From a virus: a stretch of 64,000 nucleotides of DNA. The DNA is taken from positions 1 to 64,000 of IMG/VR virus record IMGVR_UViG_641201025_000001; one strand, given 5' to 3'. The first letter of the stretch is position 1, and the number at the start of each line of letters is the position of its first letter. The notes under the pieces were generated by a model. The model searched no databases. It saw only the letters and a list, made by a program, of their open reading frames with translations, and was not told the origin of the DNA. The position numbers and the translations under genes were made by a program. Below, piece after piece: positions 33,568 to 43,050 of this stretch.

Positions 33568-36434
33568 GTCTTCCACAATTGCGCGTGCGCACCGGATACA
33601 GCTTCAAGAAGTGCTACGGCCATCTGGACGACATCGTAGCTCGCCTCGGTGAAGTCGCCGCGCCGTTCGCCGGCATCGTTGACGCGTCGACGTGGGGCCA
33701 CGTCCGATTCGACAAAGCGATCCGCAAGACCGAAATCACGCCGGGATTCGGGGCTGAAATTCCGATCATCGGGACTGGTGACATGGAAGGATTCTCGCCG
33801 CGAGCGTGGATTCTGGCAAAGGACACGCGGCGCATGTATAACGCCTCGACGGCAGCGGCCCAAAAGGGCGCTCTGTCGGCTTTCGAGTTCGGGGCGTTGT
33901 CTGGAGTCATCCGATTCGCCGGAGGGGCGCTGGACGCCGTTCTGGCCGACCACAGCAGCCAAGCCGACCATGCGCCGATCGACTATATCGACGTGAATCC
34001 GGCGTTTCTCGTGCACGCGGCCCGCGCGGTTCGGTGGCATCGCCGCAGCGGAATCCCGCTCGTGCTGACGAGCTACAACGACATGCCGCGCGCGTCCGAT
34101 GCGCACTTCGCCTATGCGACAGAGGTCCGCGATTCGGTTGGTATGCGCCATATTGCGACCGAGGATGAAATGTGGTCGCAGCTTCAGCACGTGATGACGC
34201 GCTTGGAGTTCGTCACGGCGATCGAGAATACGCACGACGTTGCGGCCGATCTGAAAGGCGTCGCGCTTCAGAAGGCCCCTATCATCAGCCTCGAAGGCGA
34301 CATGCTCGCATGGTGTCGAGAGGGTCAAGCTGAACGGCTCGCGAAGGGTCACATTAAGGAATGGACGAATGAATATGAGTCTCGACTTCTTATGGAATGC
34401 GAACAAATTCGCTCTAAGAATTTCGATTCCTATTTCCTGTGCGTTGCGGACCTTGTTCGTTTCGCCAAACGCCATATGCTTGTCGGCCCTGCACGCGGAT
34501 CGTCCGCCGGTTCCCTTGTCTGCTATCTCATGGGGATCACGGAAGTTGATCCGCTGCCATATGGCCTTCTCTTCCAGCGATTCATCGATGTTAGTCGGTC
34601 CGACTTCCCCGACATCGATATCGATTTCAACGATGAAAAGCGAGAAATGGTTTTCGACTACTTACGCGACAAGTATGGTGATGCGTCTGTCGCACGAGTG
34701 GGGAATGTCTCTACACTGAAAGCCGCATCCGTCATCGGCATGGTGAGTAAGAAGTTCGGTATCGGCTACATCGAGAATGATTACATCAAGAACTCGCTGT
34801 TGTCATACGCGAAGGGTGATGACCGGTACGGCTACGAACTCGAAGACACGTTCAAGCAAACGGAGCCGGGGCAAGACTATGCCGCGACGCATCCGGGGGC
34901 CGCGCGCATGATGGCCGAAGTCGAGATTCACCCGTCGCACACGTCTGTTCACGCGGCCGGCATTCTCGTGTGTAACGATCCGGTTTCGGACTTCTGTACG
35001 GTCGAGGCTAACGGCGTTGCATCGCTCGACAAGGACGACGCCGAATCGCTGAACCTGTTGAAAATCGACGCGCTCGGCCTGCGAACGCTTGGCATCATCG
35101 AAAGCGCGAACGTGATGACGCCGGATGAACTGTATGCGCTCACGCCGACCGATCAGCGCGTGTTCGACGTTCTGAACGAAGGCAAGGTGCTTGCTATTTT
35201 CCAGTTCGAGGGCAATGCTGTCCGACAGGTGACGAAGCGCGTTCATATCGACCGGTTCTCCAAGATCGATAACATCACGTCACTCGCGCGCCCCGGCCCG
35301 CTCGGTGCAGGGATGGACGAGCCGTATATCAAGCGCACCGCCGGCAAGGAAGCCGTGACGTTCGCGTTCCCGGAACTGCGGAAGTACCTCGGAGACACGT
35401 TCGGCATTCTGCTTTACCAAGAACAGATCATGGCGATCGTGCGCGAGATCGGCGGGTTCGACTGGCCTCGCGTTACCGAGATTCGGAAGGCGATGGGGAA
35501 ATCGAAGGGAGCGGAATACTTCGACAAGCACGGCGACGATTTCGTGAAGGGCGCAGTCGAACGCGGGATCAACGCAGAAGCCGCGCGCAAGCTGTGGAAA
35601 GAAATGGTCACGTTTGGAGCATACGGCTTCAACAAGTCTCACTCCGTGGCTTACTCGCTCGTGACGTACTGGACACTGCACCTGAAACGATTTCATCGTC
35701 TCGAATTCGCGGCGGCGTGCTTGCGCAGCGCGAAGGATGAACAGCAGACTATCGCGATCCTGCGCGAACTCGTTCAGGAAGGCGTCCAATACACGGCACT
35801 CGATCCTGAATATAGTACGGACAACTGGCGAGTTGCGAACGGTCGACTCGTCGGCGGGATCATGAACGCGAAGGGCTACGGCGCGGCGAAAGCTGCGAAA
35901 TACATCGCACTCCGAGAGAATCGCGACAACAGCGAGAAGGATCGAAAGGCGTTCGAGAAAGCCGCCGCGACGCTCGCAAAGGCCGAGGTTCCGTACAACG
36001 ATCTGAACGAGGCTCACACGCGCTTCGGATACGCGTATGAGAATCCGTCGGCGCTTGGTGTTACGTCCGGCAAGCCGATCATGAACATCCGCGCTGCGAT
36101 CGGTGGAGAGGTCATGCTCTTCATCGGCAAATTGAAGGAGAAGAAGCAAGGCGATTTCAATGACCCGAAAGAGTTGAAGCGCAGCGGAAAGAAACCGCGC
36201 TCCGGCTGCACACAATATCTCGATCTCTTCTTCACGGATGACTCCGTGGATTCGCCGGTCAAATTCCGAATCGCGGACTACGAAAACATGCGCACGCCGG
36301 TTCGTAGCTTTTCCAGCTTTGGCAAGGAAGTTGCGGAAGCAGACAACAAAAACAAGTGGTTCTTGATCAAAGCGAAGAAGTGGGAAGGGTTCGAGTCCTT
36401 CCAAGTTCTGAACGTGAAACAAATTTCGGAGTAA
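33564..36434 (+). CDS. dnaE: DNA polymerase III alpha-subunit-like (DnaE-type, C-family) polymerase
   Basis: 956 aa with an N-terminal PHP-like region and the motifs GSSAGSLVCYLMGITEVDP, FPDIDIDF, LKIDALGLRTL and GFNKSHSVAYS. Confidence 0.8.
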   Translation: MSLPQLRVRTGYSFKKCYGHLDDIVARLGEVAAPFAGIVDASTWGHVRFDKAIRKTEITPGFGAEIPIIGTGDMEGFSPRAWILAKDTRRMYNASTAAAQKGALSAFEFGALSGVIRFAGGALDAVLADHSSQADHAPIDYIDVNPAFLVHAARAVRWHRRSGIPLVLTSYNDMPRASDAHFAYATEVRDSVGMRHIATEDEMWSQLQHVMTRLEFVTAIENTHDVAADLKGVALQKAPIISLEGDMLAWCREGQAERLAKGHIKEWTNEYESRLLMECEQIRSKNFDSYFLCVADLVRFAKRHMLVGPARGSSAGSLVCYLMGITEVDPLPYGLLFQRFIDVSRSDFPDIDIDFNDEKREMVFDYLRDKYGDASVARVGNVSTLKAASVIGMVSKKFGIGYIENDYIKNSLLSYAKGDDRYGYELEDTFKQTEPGQDYAATHPGAARMMAEVEIHPSHTSVHAAGILVCNDPVSDFCTVEANGVASLDKDDAESLNLLKIDALGLRTLGIIESANVMTPDELYALTPTDQRVFDVLNEGKVLAIFQFEGNAVRQVTKRVHIDRFSKIDNITSLARPGPLGAGMDEPYIKRTAGKEAVTFAFPELRKYLGDTFGILLYQEQIMAIVREIGGFDWPRVTEIRKAMGKSKGAEYFDKHGDDFVKGAVERGINAEAARKLWKEMVTFGAYGFNKSHSVAYSLVTYWTLHLKRFHRLEFAAACLRSAKDEQQTIAILRELVQEGVQYTALDPEYSTDNWRVANGRLVGGIMNAKGYGAAKAAKYIALRENRDNSEKDRKAFEKAAATLAKAEVPYNDLNEAHTRFGYAYENPSALGVTSGKPIMNIRAAIGGEVMLFIGKLKEKKQGDFNDPKELKRSGKKPRSGCTQYLDLFFTDDSVDSPVKFRIADYENMRTPVRSFSSFGKEVAEADNKNKWFLIKAKKWEGFESFQVLNVKQISE

Positions 36435-36439
36435 GCCTA

Positions 36440-36877
36440 ATGGCAAGAAAGCCTGAGCAGCAGCTTTACGACAACTTCAAAAAATACGCAGAACACAATC
36501 TGTTATTCCACCGTGTTGAAAATCTCATGATGAACGGCATGTCCGACATGATCGTTCAGAACAAGCGCGGCATTACTGCATGGGTCGAAAACAAGGCGAT
36601 CGAGGCGTGGCCTGTACGCTCAAATACGGTCCCCCTTCGCCGCGCATTTCAGCCGGGCCAACTCGGGTTTCTGCGCGAATGGCGCGAATGGGGCGGAGAT
36701 TCTTTCGTAATGCTGCGAGTCGGAAAGAGCGCTAATTCGGAGTATCTCCTTCTCGATCCGCGTCAGCCGCTCGACTACATGTCGCAGGGCCAAATACGAG
36801 ATCGAGCCGTGATTGTTTGCGGCGGGATGAAGGATATCGTGAAATTTTTCGAGCAGCTTGGCAAGGACGAAGCATGA
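36440..36877 (+). CDS. VRR-NUC (PD-(D/E)xK) nuclease-like protein
   Basis: D…ExK arrangement (MSDMIV…AWVENKA), ~145 aa, immediately upstream of an SNF2 helicase (a conserved phage gene pair). Confidence 0.5.
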   Translation: MARKPEQQLYDNFKKYAEHNLLFHRVENLMMNGMSDMIVQNKRGITAWVENKAIEAWPVRSNTVPLRRAFQPGQLGFLREWREWGGDSFVMLRVGKSANSEYLLLDPRQPLDYMSQGQIRDRAVIVCGGMKDIVKFFEQLGKDEA

Positions 36878-38451
36878 AAACGCAAGGCATGAAGCATCAA
36901 ATCATCGGGCTTGCTCGATCGGAAGGAAAACGCAATTTCGCATTTCTGATGGAACAAGGAACCGGCAAGACATGGGAGACGCTGGCTGACGCGGAACGCT
37001 GCTATTACGGCAACAAGATCGACGCTCTACTCGTCTTTGCTCCGAATGGGGTGCACACGAACTGGACGCGTCGCGAGGCCCCCATGCACCTGTCGGCCCC
37101 GTTCGTCGGGTATGCGTGGAATGGCCCGATCAAGACGAAGAAGCAGAAAGCGGCGTGGGCGGAACTCTTTCGTGATTATTCACTGTCAGAAGCGCCGCCG
37201 ATGCGCATTTTCACGATCAACTTCGAAGCCATGACGACGACCGCCGGTATCGAGGCTGTTTCGGAGTTCTTGCGATGTTTCCGTGTGATGGCCGTAGTCG
37301 ACGAGTCGACACGGATCGCGAACCCGACAGCCAAGAGAACGAAAAACATCATCACGGCCGGCCGCGAAGCAGTCGCGAGGCGAATCCTGTCGGGGACTCC
37401 GCTGAAGAAAGACCCGAATGACCTTTACAGTCAGTTCGATTTCCTGAAGCCGGGTTTGCTTGGCACTACGAGCTATCGTGCATTCGTCGCCGAGTATTCC
37501 GTGTTGCTCGACAAGGATGACCCGAAAATGCGCGGCATCATGCGCCGCGTAATGGAAGGGCGGAAGGGATGGCGCGATCAAGAGCGCGCGCAAGAAATGA
37601 TTCCTCAGGTCGTCGCGGTCGACGAGACTGGAAACAAAATGTTCCGGAACCTCGACAAGCTGTCCGATATGATTCAGCCACACTCGTATCGCGTGCGCAA
37701 AGAGGATTGTCTGGACCTTCCGCCCAAGATTTACCAGACGGTGTTTTTCGAGTTATCGCCGGAACTGCGAAAGGTCTACGACCGTCTGCGCGATGAATAC
37801 GAGTATCTGAAGAAGCAATACATCGAGAACTACGTGACGGATCACCCTGAAGTCGATTACGGGGATGCTGTCGAGTATTTCGAGACGCATTGCTTCGAGG
37901 GCATCGCGTGTCAGGTAAAGATGAAGCAGGTTGTGTCGGGCTTCATCAACGTGGAAGGCGAACCGGTACTGATCGACCCGGAAAACAACCCTCGCATGAA
38001 ATTGTTTTCGGAGTACATGGAAGGCGTCGACGGTCAGACGATCGTCTGGTGTCTGTACGAGGTCGAAATCCTTCAGGTCGCCGAGAAACTGAGATCGATG
38101 GGTCGGAGGGTCGCGACGTACTACGGCAAAACCAAAAAGGGTGAGACGCGCGAAAAGATCATCGACGATTTCCAGAACGGTTTGATCGACGATATAGTGG
38201 GTCACGCGGCGGCGCTCGGCATCGGTCTGACGCTGACCGCCGCGACGACATCGCTCTACTACTCGTGCGACCGGAACAACGAGTTGCGGCTTCAGTCTGA
38301 GGACCGGAACCATCGTATCGGGACGGTCAAGTCGCCGGTCTACGTGGACTTCATCGCGGAAGACACGATCGACGAAGACGACATGCGGGGTCGCGCGTTC
38401 AAGACCGAACTTGCGAACATCGTCATCGATCGGACAGCACGAAAAGATTAA
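36874..38451 (+). CDS. SNF2-family (DEAD-like) helicase
   Basis: Motif I MEQGTGKT; motif II AVVDESTRI; motif III LSGTPL; C-terminal helicase motifs. Confidence 0.75.
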   Translation: MKTQGMKHQIIGLARSEGKRNFAFLMEQGTGKTWETLADAERCYYGNKIDALLVFAPNGVHTNWTRREAPMHLSAPFVGYAWNGPIKTKKQKAAWAELFRDYSLSEAPPMRIFTINFEAMTTTAGIEAVSEFLRCFRVMAVVDESTRIANPTAKRTKNIITAGREAVARRILSGTPLKKDPNDLYSQFDFLKPGLLGTTSYRAFVAEYSVLLDKDDPKMRGIMRRVMEGRKGWRDQERAQEMIPQVVAVDETGNKMFRNLDKLSDMIQPHSYRVRKEDCLDLPPKIYQTVFFELSPELRKVYDRLRDEYEYLKKQYIENYVTDHPEVDYGDAVEYFETHCFEGIACQVKMKQVVSGFINVEGEPVLIDPENNPRMKLFSEYMEGVDGQTIVWCLYEVEILQVAEKLRSMGRRVATYYGKTKKGETREKIIDDFQNGLIDDIVGHAAALGIGLTLTAATTSLYYSCDRNNELRLQSEDRNHRIGTVKSPVYVDFIAEDTIDEDDMRGRAFKTELANIVIDRTARKD

Positions 38452-38453
38452 TC

Positions 38454-38491
38454 CAAAAGTGTTGACACGTTCGCCGAAACCGTGAGACTAT
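38454..38491 (+). promoter_or_regulatory. sigma70-like promoter box (CCAAAAGTGTTGACA-17-GACTATAC)
   Basis: Family member immediately after the SNF2 stop. Confidence 0.5.
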
Positions 38492-38541
38492 ACGTACATG
38501 GGTTCGGCGAACCCGATAACCGAAATAACCGGAGAAGCAAA

Positions 38542-38670
38542 ATGCGCATTCAACTCATCAACCTTGGCATGATCCGTAACGAAATCGTCGCTTTCGAAGA
38601 AGTTGACAATCGCGGTCGCCGCCTCGGCGCGCGAATCCGGGTCGATTTCTTTGACACGAAGGAAGTTTAG
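38542..38670 (+). CDS. small ORF (42 aa) ending at an in-frame TAG
   Basis: Promoter box at 38462 and CCGGAGAAGCAAA ATG. The same reading frame stays open for 107 codons after the TAG at 38668-38670. Confidence 0.35.
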   Translation: MRIQLINLGMIRNEIVAFEEVDNRGRRLGARIRVDFFDTKEV

Positions 38671-38736
38671 GAAGAAGAACGCCATTCGGCCAGCACCTAC
38701 ACCGACAAGTTCGCGTTCCGTGGCAAGCATTTCCGC

Positions 38737-38991
38737 GTGTACGTTCAAGCAACGCGCGGCGGCGCAGATTTCGGCGCGTCGCAAATGGGCGAGCGCTTCT
38801 ATCACCAGTCTGAAGTCGACGCATACATTGCAAAGCGTGTTGCCGATTCGCGCAAGGCAGCAGCGAAGAAGTTCGCCGCGCCGGCTGCAAAGGCTGACGA
38901 GTGGGAACCGCTGTCGGAAGCAGAGCAAGAGGCGAACATCGCCGCAGAATGCAAGGCGATCCGCGAAGGTCGTCCGGTTCACAAGAAGTAA
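38737..38991 (+). CDS. hypothetical protein (no ATG; frame is open from 38671; possible readthrough extension of 38542-38670)
   Basis: The only candidate start is GTG at 38737, with no SD. Coding-like composition begins directly after the TAG. Confidence 0.3.
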   Translation: MYVQATRGGADFGASQMGERFYHQSEVDAYIAKRVADSRKAAAKKFAAPAAKADEWEPLSEAEQEANIAAECKAIREGRPVHKK

Positions 38992-38993
38992 CC

Positions 38994-39030
38994 AAAAAGT
39001 GTTGACAGGGGGCTTCGGCCCCTTCAAAAT
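38994..39030 (+). promoter_or_regulatory. sigma70-like promoter box (CCAAAAAGTGTTGACA-17-CAAAAT) whose spacer contains a GGGGGC-TTCG-GCCCC hairpin
   Basis: Family member with a weaker -10; the hairpin may double as a terminator for 38737-38991. Confidence 0.4.
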
Positions 39031-39070
39031 AGAGCCTCACATTGCAGCAAATACAGGAAATAACCAAAAT

Positions 39071-39403
39071 ATGAGCATCGTCTACATCCCGCAACTTCCC
39101 ATGCGATTCGATCACGCATCGCAGCGACGAGTGCCGCAGTTCAATATCACGCCTGCGATGCAGTTCGGTCAACTGGAAATGGTTCTCGAAGAGGCCGATG
39201 ACTCGCGGATGATTGCGCGGCTGACCCCCAAGATTCGCGAGCGTCTCGCGGCGTTCACCGAAAACGATTTCATGGTCGCGATGGGGAACCCGGCTGTCAT
39301 CGCGATCTGCGCGGCGATCGTCCTGCGCCGTCAAAAGAAGCTGAAAATGCTTCAGTGGGATAAGAAGCTGGAAATGTACTATCAACTGGAGTTGAACCCG
39401 TGA
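39071..39403 (+). CDS. hypothetical protein
   Basis: Promoter box at 39002; 110 aa. Confidence 0.45.
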   Translation: MSIVYIPQLPMRFDHASQRRVPQFNITPAMQFGQLEMVLEEADDSRMIARLTPKIRERLAAFTENDFMVAMGNPAVIAICAAIVLRRQKKLKMLQWDKKLEMYYQLELNP

Positions 39404-40017
39404 GCGAACTGGAAACAAAACTGGCTGAAGCGAACGCCGCGCCGGCCGATGCCTCGATCGCATGGTGGGAAGAAGAGAAGAGCGTCGCCCCCGAAGACGC
39501 GATGAAGCGCATCACCGATCTCGCGACGCTGGCCGGCCATCTTGAAGTGCAGATCGCAGAGGATAAACAGCATCTCGGCGAGAAGGAAGAGCGCTTGAAC
39601 CGAATCCTCATGGTGACGATTCCGGGCATCCTCGAAGAACTTCAGATGGCCGATTTCAGCCTCACGGACGGGACGAAAGTCGAGGTCAAGCCCGATCTGA
39701 AGGTTAGCGTCACGGAAGCGAACCGGCCGCGCGTATTTGCGTGGATGAAGTCGAAGGGCTTCGGCGGACTGATCAAATCCAAGTTGTCGATGGATTTCGG
39801 ACAAGGCGAAGGAGAGTCGCTGAAGGAGGTAATGGACGGTCTGAAAGAGATGGGTTACACTCCTTCTGTTTCGGAAGACGTTCACCACGCAACGATGAAA
39901 GCATTCGTTAAGGAGCAACTGGAAAAGGGCAATTCCGAGTTGCCGACGAAAGAGTTCGGAGTCTTCGAGTTCAAGAAGGCAAAGATCACCAAGCCCAAAG
40001 CAAAGAAGTCGAAGTAA
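39400..40017 (+). CDS. hypothetical acidic protein with Lys-rich tail
   Basis: GTG start overlapping the previous stop; 205 aa. Confidence 0.45.
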   Translation: MSELETKLAEANAAPADASIAWWEEEKSVAPEDAMKRITDLATLAGHLEVQIAEDKQHLGEKEERLNRILMVTIPGILEELQMADFSLTDGTKVEVKPDLKVSVTEANRPRVFAWMKSKGFGGLIKSKLSMDFGQGEGESLKEVMDGLKEMGYTPSVSEDVHHATMKAFVKEQLEKGNSELPTKEFGVFEFKKAKITKPKAKKSK

Positions 40018-40047
40018 CTCATCACATTTCACGGAGAGTAGGAAATC

Positions 40048-40938
40048 ATGGCAAAAGCAAACGAAAAATCAGGTACGGAACTGGCGGAAGTGAAGGCGGG
40101 CGCACTCGCGATGGTCGCTGACTTCATCGGCGCAGGCGATTTCGACGGCGCTGGCTTCGAAGGTGCAGACGCGGATTCGTTCGCGATTCCCTTCTGGCAA
40201 GTTCTTCAGAAAATGTCGCCCAAGGTCGACGAGGACAATGCGGAGTACATCCAAGGCGCGAAAGCCGGCATGTTCTTCAACACGGTCACGGGCAAATTGC
40301 TCGACGGCAAAAACGGGTTCGACATCATCCCGTGCGCGTTCAAGCGCTCCTTCATCCTGTGGGGCGGCAATCGCGGCGGCTTCAAGGGCGAATTCACGCC
40401 GGAACAGATCGACGAGTTGATTGCGAACAATCAGGTCATCGCCGCTGACGGTCGCCTGTACGTGCCGGACGAGAAGGGCGCATACGACAAGGACAAGTCG
40501 GACTACTACGCCGACACGCGTTCGCACTACGTCATCGCGTTCGATCCGGAATCGGGCGAATTCGGCCAAGGCATCCTCGCCTGTTCGTCGTCGCAGATCA
40601 AGTCGTCGCGCAACCTCATGACTTCGCTTTCGCAGAAGAAGGTGAACACGCCGGCCGGCCTGAAGACGCCGCCCTCGTTCCTGAACGTCGTGCACGTGTC
40701 GACTGTCGGCATGACGAACGACAAGGGCTCGTGGTCCGGCTTGAAGTTCGATCTCGTCGGTCTGGTGACGGACGCGGGCCGCTTCACCGATCCGAAGACG
40801 ATCTACGAAGCCGCGAAGCAGTTCTACGAACTGGTGAAGACCGGCGAAGCGAAGGCCGACTTCGCCAAGGCGGGCGCGGAAGCGGCCGGCGCGAACGATG
40901 GCGTCGCCAATACGCCGAGCGAAGCCGACAACTTCTGA
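40048..40938 (+). CDS. hypothetical protein (possible DNA-binding / recombination-associated)
   Basis: 296 aa; strong SD ACGGAGAGTAGGAAATC ATG; followed by a terminator. Confidence 0.45.
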   Translation: MAKANEKSGTELAEVKAGALAMVADFIGAGDFDGAGFEGADADSFAIPFWQVLQKMSPKVDEDNAEYIQGAKAGMFFNTVTGKLLDGKNGFDIIPCAFKRSFILWGGNRGGFKGEFTPEQIDELIANNQVIAADGRLYVPDEKGAYDKDKSDYYADTRSHYVIAFDPESGEFGQGILACSSSQIKSSRNLMTSLSQKKVNTPAGLKTPPSFLNVVHVSTVGMTNDKGSWSGLKFDLVGLVTDAGRFTDPKTIYEAAKQFYELVKTGEAKADFAKAGAEAAGANDGVANTPSEADNF

Positions 40939-40949
40939 TCGGCACGAAC

Positions 40950-40986
40950 AAAACCGCCGCGCTACAATACGCGGCGGTTTTTCTAT
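40950..40986 (+). terminator. rho-independent terminator
   Basis: ACCGCCGCG-ctacaata-CGCGGCGGT followed by TTTTTCT. Confidence 0.75.
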
Positions 40987-40998
40987 GGAGGTTCGGTT

Positions 40999-41604
40999 AT
41001 GGACTGGAAAGAGGTTGGACAAAAAATTGCGGGCGCGGCCCCTTTGCTTGGCGGTTTGCTCGGTGGCCCTGCTGGTGCAGCCATCGGCGGCATCGTCGCC
41101 GCGACGCTCGGTTCCGGTAATGATGCCGTTTCCGTGGACGCTGCGATTGCTGCTAATCCGGATGCGCTCTTGAAGTTGAAGGAACTCGAATCGGCTCAGG
41201 CGACGCGTTTTCAGGAACTCGCTGTCGAGGCCGAAAAGAACCGGCTTGCGGCGGACACTGCATCATTCGCGACCGAGGTCGACGACCGCAAGAACGCGCG
41301 CGATCTGGCTGCGAAACAGGATGGCGATTGGCTCCGGCCGACGCTCGCGCTTCTGCTGATGTGTGCGGTTATCGGGATCGTTGTCGCGATCTTTCTGCCG
41401 TCGTCGCGCGACATCCTGAAGGATAGCGTCGCCGTCTCGATGGTTTCGATGGTCGTCGGGATGATCCTGCGCGACTTCGGGAACGTCATGTCGTTCCTGT
41501 TCGGCACGAGCCGCGACGCACAACGCCAGAGCGCGGATATTGCGAAGTTCGCGACGACGCCGGGCGACGTTAATCTGTACGATCAACAAAAAGAGGTGAA
41601 GTGA
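40999..41604 (+). CDS. putative holin (3-TM, glycine-zipper N-terminus; GTA/phage 3TM-holin-like)
   Basis: N-terminal MDWKEV…LLGGLLGGPAGAAIGGIVAATLGS, plus TM segments at ~110-130 and ~140-165. GGAGG SD. Confidence 0.45.
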   Translation: MDWKEVGQKIAGAAPLLGGLLGGPAGAAIGGIVAATLGSGNDAVSVDAAIAANPDALLKLKELESAQATRFQELAVEAEKNRLAADTASFATEVDDRKNARDLAAKQDGDWLRPTLALLLMCAVIGIVVAIFLPSSRDILKDSVAVSMVSMVVGMILRDFGNVMSFLFGTSRDAQRQSADIAKFATTPGDVNLYDQQKEVK

Positions 41605-42260
41605 TGATCGAATCGCAACGCATCGCCGCTGAAGGCGAACAAGAACCGACCCAAGACGCGGAACTGGCCGTCGTCGAGGAACCGGAGTATTTCGGCCGCA
41701 TCCGTCAATGGGCGAGCGATCGCAACCTCATCAATGGTTCCGATTCGAAGTCGCAGTTCCTGAAACTGCAATCGGAGAAGGGCGAACTCGCCGAAGCAAT
41801 TCGCCTCGGAAATCGCGACGAGATTATCGACGGCATCGGCGATGCTTCGGTGGTCCTGACGATCATCGCCGCGCAGAACGGCATCGAAATCACGAACGAC
41901 GTGATTCAGGAGGAAGTGAGCTACATCAACGGCATCGTTGAACGCTCGCAGGGGTTCGTCTACTCGTTCCTGTCGCTCGACGCTCAAATCGGCCGGCTTG
42001 GCGACGCGATCGCGAAGGGTCAGGACGTGAACGCTCCGATCATGAAGTCGATTCTCGAACTTCAGTTTCTGGCGCAGATGTACCACGTTCAGATGGGCGT
42101 CGAGGCGGCGAAATCCTATGCGTTCGCGCTCGAAAACGCGTGGAACGACATCAAGGATCGCAAAGGTGTGATGTACAATGGTGTTTTCGTGAAGTCGACT
42201 GACGAACGATACGAGTCAATCGTGGCGGAACTCGCCGCCGCGCAGAAAAACACCGACTAA
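41604..42260 (+). CDS. MazG-like nucleoside-triphosphate pyrophosphohydrolase
   Basis: MazG EExxE-type helix (KLQSEKGELAEAIRLGNRDEIIDGIGDASVV). Confidence 0.55.
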   Translation: MIESQRIAAEGEQEPTQDAELAVVEEPEYFGRIRQWASDRNLINGSDSKSQFLKLQSEKGELAEAIRLGNRDEIIDGIGDASVVLTIIAAQNGIEITNDVIQEEVSYINGIVERSQGFVYSFLSLDAQIGRLGDAIAKGQDVNAPIMKSILELQFLAQMYHVQMGVEAAKSYAFALENAWNDIKDRKGVMYNGVFVKSTDERYESIVAELAAAQKNTD

Positions 42261-42269
42261 AGGAAGAGA

Positions 42270-42506
42270 ATGAACGCCGCGATTGAACCCGATGTTTTCT
42301 ATGTCGACAGAACCGGGAAGGTGTACCCGGCGAAGACGGTCGAAAAGAATGTGGATTACCTGATCGAACTTGCGGACGGCTCGCAGACTCGAACGAGCGA
42401 ATTCAACCTCTTCAAGACGCGGACCGCTGCGAACATCGCGGCAGTTACCCGTGTATCTCAGAACTTCGGGAACAATCGAGAGCCCAAAACTTTCTTCCAA
42501 AAGTGA
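42270..42506 (+). CDS. hypothetical protein
   Basis: AAGGAAGAGA ATG; 78 aa. Confidence 0.4.
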   Translation: MNAAIEPDVFYVDRTGKVYPAKTVEKNVDYLIELADGSQTRTSEFNLFKTRTAANIAAVTRVSQNFGNNREPKTFFQK

Positions 42507-42521
42507 ACAGGTTGTGATAGC

Positions 42522-42767
42522 ATGACGGCACTGACTCTAAATCAGTGCCGTTTTTCTTTGTGGGGTAACTATTCCTTACAATGTTTCCCGAAAATGGTCG
42601 CTCCCTTAACGTATCATGGCTTTAACCTTGGGGGCTTCATGGAAATAATTTCGGACTTGCTGATGATTTTTTGTTGGGTCGTGGTCGGGCACTTCCTACG
42701 ACCGTCGACCGGAGAGATCGATGACATTCGAAGGGGGCTTCAAGAAATATTCGGGAAAAGAGGATGA
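42522..42767 (+). CDS. hypothetical membrane protein (low-GC island)
   Basis: 81 aa, hydrophobic; overlaps the next ORF. Confidence 0.3.
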   Translation: MTALTLNQCRFSLWGNYSLQCFPKMVAPLTYHGFNLGGFMEIISDLLMIFCWVVVGHFLRPSTGEIDDIRRGLQEIFGKRG

Positions 42768-43050
42768 GAGGCAGACAGCCTTAGAATTCGTGCTGAAACG
42801 ATTTCTTCTGTTCGTTGTTCGCTGTGCGGTCTATGGATGGGCGGCGTTTTACATGGCTCATCCGAAGACAGAGTTTTACCCTCGACCAGACAGGTACAGC
42901 AGGTTTGCGCACTGTTGGTATATCCAGTTTGCACCGGAAAGGGCGCGTTGTTGGTACGAGAAGAAGAAGCAGGAAGACCTAGTAGCTTACAGAATCAAGC
43001 GATTTCAAGAAACCGGAAATAACTTTTATTTGGAAGGAATTGTGAAATGA
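42721..43050 (+). CDS. hypothetical protein (low-GC island)
   Basis: 109 aa; Trp/Tyr-rich. Confidence 0.3.
   Translation: MTFEGGFKKYSGKEDERQTALEFVLKRFLLFVVRCAVYGWAAFYMAHPKTEFYPRPDRYSRFAHCWYIQFAPERARCWYEKKKQEDLVAYRIKRFQETGNNFYLEGIVK

Noticed and set aside
33483-36446. Minus-strand ORFs (330 and 388 aa) opposite dnaE
   Set aside because: Antisense shadows; the DnaE frame has multiple polymerase motifs.
40069-41022. 317-aa minus-strand ORF opposite gene 40048-40938
   Set aside because: Arg-rich antisense shadow. The terminator and SD support plus-strand transcription.
42495-42521. Eighth copy of the CCAAAAGTG promoter box
   Set aside because: Only the AAAAGTG tract is conserved (GTGAAC instead of TTGACA), and the ATG follows too closely for a standard -35/-10 arrangement. 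It was kept only as a degenerate copy in the findings.
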